Made by a program: the position numbers and the translations under genes. A stretch of DNA of 64,000 nt from assembly GCF_036971445.1 (NCBI RefSeq), contig NC_091470.1, positions 140,802,001-140,866,000 of the forward strand. The letters run 5' to 3'. The notes under the pieces were generated by a model. It ran no database searches, was not told the DNA's origin, and worked only from the letters and a program-made list of their open reading frames with translations. Below, piece after piece: positions 60,821-64,000 of the stretch (the first letter of the stretch is position 1; every line of letters starts with the position of its first letter). Source of the DNA: Narcine bancroftii. Its lineage: Eukaryota.

Positions 60821-62153
60821 AAGAGTAAAAGGATACTAAGGGACAAAACTGGTTCCCTATAGTATCGGAGTTGCCAACTATGTGTGGAGCCTTATGTAAT
60901 GGGGAGATCTTAAACAGTCTTTTTTGCATCAGTTTTTACTCAGAAAATTGGCACAGTGGATAAGAAAGGAAGGGAAACAAATAGAAGGGTCATGGAACAT
61001 GTGGAGATTAAGGAGGTGGAAATGCGCTGTCTTACAGCGAATAAAGATAGATAAATTACCCTGGCCTGGTAAGCTATTCCCTTGAACCTTGAGGGAGACT
61101 AGTGTAGAAATTTCAGGGGCCATGGCTGATACATTCAAAATGTCCTTAGCAACGGATGAGGTGCCAGATGATTGGAGGGTAGCTCACATTGTTCAAAAAA
61201 GGCTCCAAAAATAAACCAAGTAATTATAGACCATTGAGCCTGACGTCAGTAGTAGATAAATTATTAGAAGTCTGAGAAATTGGATATATAGATATTTGGA
61301 CAGTCATGGGCTGATTAAGGACAGTCAGTATTGCTTTGTACATGGTAGGTCGTGTTTAACGAATCGTAGGATTTTTCAAAGAAGTTATCAAGAAGGTAGA
61401 TGAAGGAAAGGCTGTAGATGTTGACTACATGGACTTTAGTAAAGCCTTTGACAAGGTCCCACATGGGAGGTTAGTTCAGAAGGTTATTATACTAGGTATC
61501 CATGGAGAGGTTGTAAACTAGATTCATAATTGGCTGTGTGGGAGAAAACAAAGTGGTAGTGGATGGCTGCTTGTCAGAGTGGAGGCCTGTGATTAGTGAT
61601 GTGCCTCAGGGATCTGTGTTGGGACCATTGTTGTTTGCTGTCCATATCAATGATCTGGATGATAATGTGGTGAATTGGATCAGCAAATTTGCTGATGACA
61701 CAAAGTTAGGAGGTGTGGACAGTGAGGAAAATTTTCAAAGCTTGCAGAGAGAGGGATCTGGACCAACTAGAAGAATGGGGAACAAAATGGCAGATGGAGT
61801 TTAATGCAGACATTTTGGAAGGGAAAACCAAGGTAGGAGATGTACAGTAAACGATAGGGCACTGAAGAGTGTGAAGGAGCAGAGAGATCTGGGAATACAG
61901 ATATTGTTCCCTGAAGGTGGCGCCGCATGTGGACAGGGTTGTAAAGGAAGCTTTTGACATTTTAGCCTTTATAAATCAAAGTATTGGGATGTTTCGTTGA
62001 AATTGTTTAAGACATTGGTGAGGCCAAATTTGGAATATTGTGTGCAGTTCTGGGCGCCAAACTACAGGAACTATATCATTAAGATTAAAAGAATGCAGAG
62101 AAGGTTTACTAGGATGTTGCCCGGTCTTCAGGAGATGAGTTATAGGGAAAAAA

Positions 62154-63090
62154 TTTTTAATAATTTTGTATTTTTCACATTGTGAACCATATCAACCAAA
62201 ATATGTACAAACGTTTCTCATTAAGTTTACACAGTGGCATTTTCTCCCTTTTTTCCCCCTTTCCCTCCCTCCCCTTTTCCCACCCCCTCCAAAACCAATA
62301 AATATTCAACATATACAATACAATAAAACCATAAAACAATATCTTCACACAAAGGAAAATAAACAAGAAAAATGTGTCATCTATTTGTTACACACTGAAT
62401 CAAGTCGTTTTAGGGGGTCCGAGGCAAGTCCTCTCTGTTATGCTCCATGTACGGTTCCCAAATTTGTTCAAACAATATGACTTTATTTTTTAAATTATAT
62501 GTTATTTTTTCCAAAGGAATACATTTATTCATTTCCATGTACCATTGCTGAATTCTCAGGCTTTCTTCCATTTTCCAAGTTGACATTATACATTTTTTTG
62601 CTTCTGCTGAGGCTATCATAATGAATCTTTTTGCGCTTTATCCAATTTGAGGCCTAATTCTTTACTTCTTATGTTACTTAAAAGAAAGATCTCTGGATTT
62701 TTTGGTATGTTATTTTTTGTGATTTTATTTAATATCTGCTTTAATTCTTCCCAAAACGTATTCACTTTCGTACATGCCCAAATTGCATGTACTGTTGTTC
62801 CCATTTCCTTCTTACAGCGAAAACATCTATCCAATAATGTTGGATCCCATTCTTTTAATTTTTGAGGAGTGATTAGTGTAACCCTGTGTAACCAATTCTA
62901 CTGTATCATGCGTAACCTTGTGTTTATTGTATTCTTCATAGTTCCAGAACATAACTTTTCCCATACTTCATTTTTATCTTTATGTTTAAATCCTTTTCCC
63001 ACTTTTGTTTGGGTTTATAGCTTATTTCATCATTTTCCTTATCTTGCAGCTTAATGTACATGTTCGTTATAAATCTTTTAATTATCATTG
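62154..63090 (-). mobile_element. 5'-truncated L1-clade LINE (ORF2 C-terminal CCHC domain + 3' UTR) inserted in a CR1
   Basis: Minus-strand ORFs read DRCFRCKKEMGTTVHAIWAC..FW and AKKCIMSTWK..LEKITY..FEQIWEPY. The TSD is about 19 bp: TGAGTTATAGGGAAAAA(A)TT (from 62136) versus TGAGTTACAGGGAAAAATT (from 63091). Confidence 0.88.
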
Positions 63091-63699
63091 TGAGTTACAG
63101 GGAAAAATTAAACAGGTTAGGACTACATTCCTTGGTGAAAAGAAGAATGAGGGGAGATTTGATAGAAGTTTACAAGATTATGAGAGGTATAGACGGAGTG
63201 GATGCGAGTCAGTTTTCTCCACTTAGATTGGGGGAGATAAATACGAAAAGTCATAGTTTTAAGATGAAGGGAAGGTTTAGGGGGAACAGGGGGAAGTTCT
63301 TCACTCAGATAGTGGTGGGAGTGTGGAATGAACTGCTATGTGATGTGGTAATGCGGGCTCGATTTTAAAAATAAATTGGATAGATTCATGGATGGGAGGG
63401 GTCTGGAGGGTTATGGAATGGGAGCAGATCAGTGGGACTAGTGAAATGATGGTCACACAGACTAGAAGAGCCAAATGCGCTGTTTTCAGTGCTGTAGCAT
63501 TCTATGGTTCTAAACCAACTCGGTATAATTCCACATCCCACAGAGTGGAACAGAGGTAGACAAGGACAAAGCAAAAATAAGCTTCAAATAACATCTCAAA
63601 GCTCTTCCACCCAGATTCCGATTAGCTTTATCCCAGATCATAATTGAGAGTGAAATATCTTTCTAAGCCATGACACTTTGTAGCAATGTTCCCATCTAC

Positions 63700-63848
63700 A
63701 TAACCCCAGCCCACACCAAACAGCCACCACCTTTAAACCTCACTTTGACTCCACCACCCGCCATTCCTCTCCTCCCATCCCCTCACCCCTCCAACCCCCA
63801 TCTCTCACCCTCCCACCCCCCACCCTCTCACCCCCCAATCCCACACCT
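63700..63848. repeat. C-rich low-complexity tract
   Basis: Dense CCC runs; G-quadruplex-compatible on the minus strand. Confidence 0.7.
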
Positions 63849-64000
63849 GATGGGATAAAGGAAACTCATCAACTCATGTCATGCTCACAAACTGAATGAA
63901 CCATAGTATTGTACAGCACAGAAACAGGCCCTTCAGCCCAACTTGCCTGTGAAATCGATCTACAGTAGTTCCATTTGCTTGCACCAGGTATGCATCTCTC

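Larger units (their letters stand above)
59091..63512 (+). mobile_element. Degraded CR1 hosting the RTE and L1 insertions
   Basis: CR1 RT pieces ([21 protein letters not shown]; LVRPNLEYCVQFWAP; RRMRGDLIEVYKIM) continue across both TSDs and end in a ttctatgg tail. Confidence 0.88.

Noticed and set aside
1-64000. CRISPR arrays, operons or prokaryotic defence systems; the many 60-130 aa ORFs
   Set aside because: This is spliced vertebrate DNA with no repeat-spacer array. The short ORFs are exon read-throughs, LINE fragments, their antisense frames or chance.

Overview
Eukaryotic, repeat-rich vertebrate DNA, most likely from a cartilaginous fish (ray or shark), inferred from HE1/V-SINE-type SINEs and abundant CR1 LINEs. 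The one supportable host gene is a multi-exon TTLL10 (tubulin polyglycylase) on the + strand. I read 11 coding exons from 15868 to 50596 with GT-AG boundaries and matching phases, giving 2112 nt or 703 aa; exon 1 is the least certain. The rest is transposon-derived: a nearly intact CR1 ORF2 (6390-9327), a young RTE with an almost intact RT ORF (59254-60820) plus a short second copy, an L1 fragment, Rex1/Babar and Penelope remnants, two related solo LTRs, a third LTR running into an assembly gap, and composite hAT MITEs. The most interesting observations are two unusual active-site substitutions in TTLL10, a chain of stop-containing exon-like blocks upstream of it, an AviRTE-like possible horizontal-transfer candidate, an insertion junction copied 13.1 kb away, LTRs with swapped U3 regions, a recursive-splice-type exon and decayed hammerhead ribozymes. 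I see no clearly novel multi-gene system. All family assignments come from reading the sequence and from recall, not from database searches, and repeat boundaries without target-site duplications (TSDs) are approximate.
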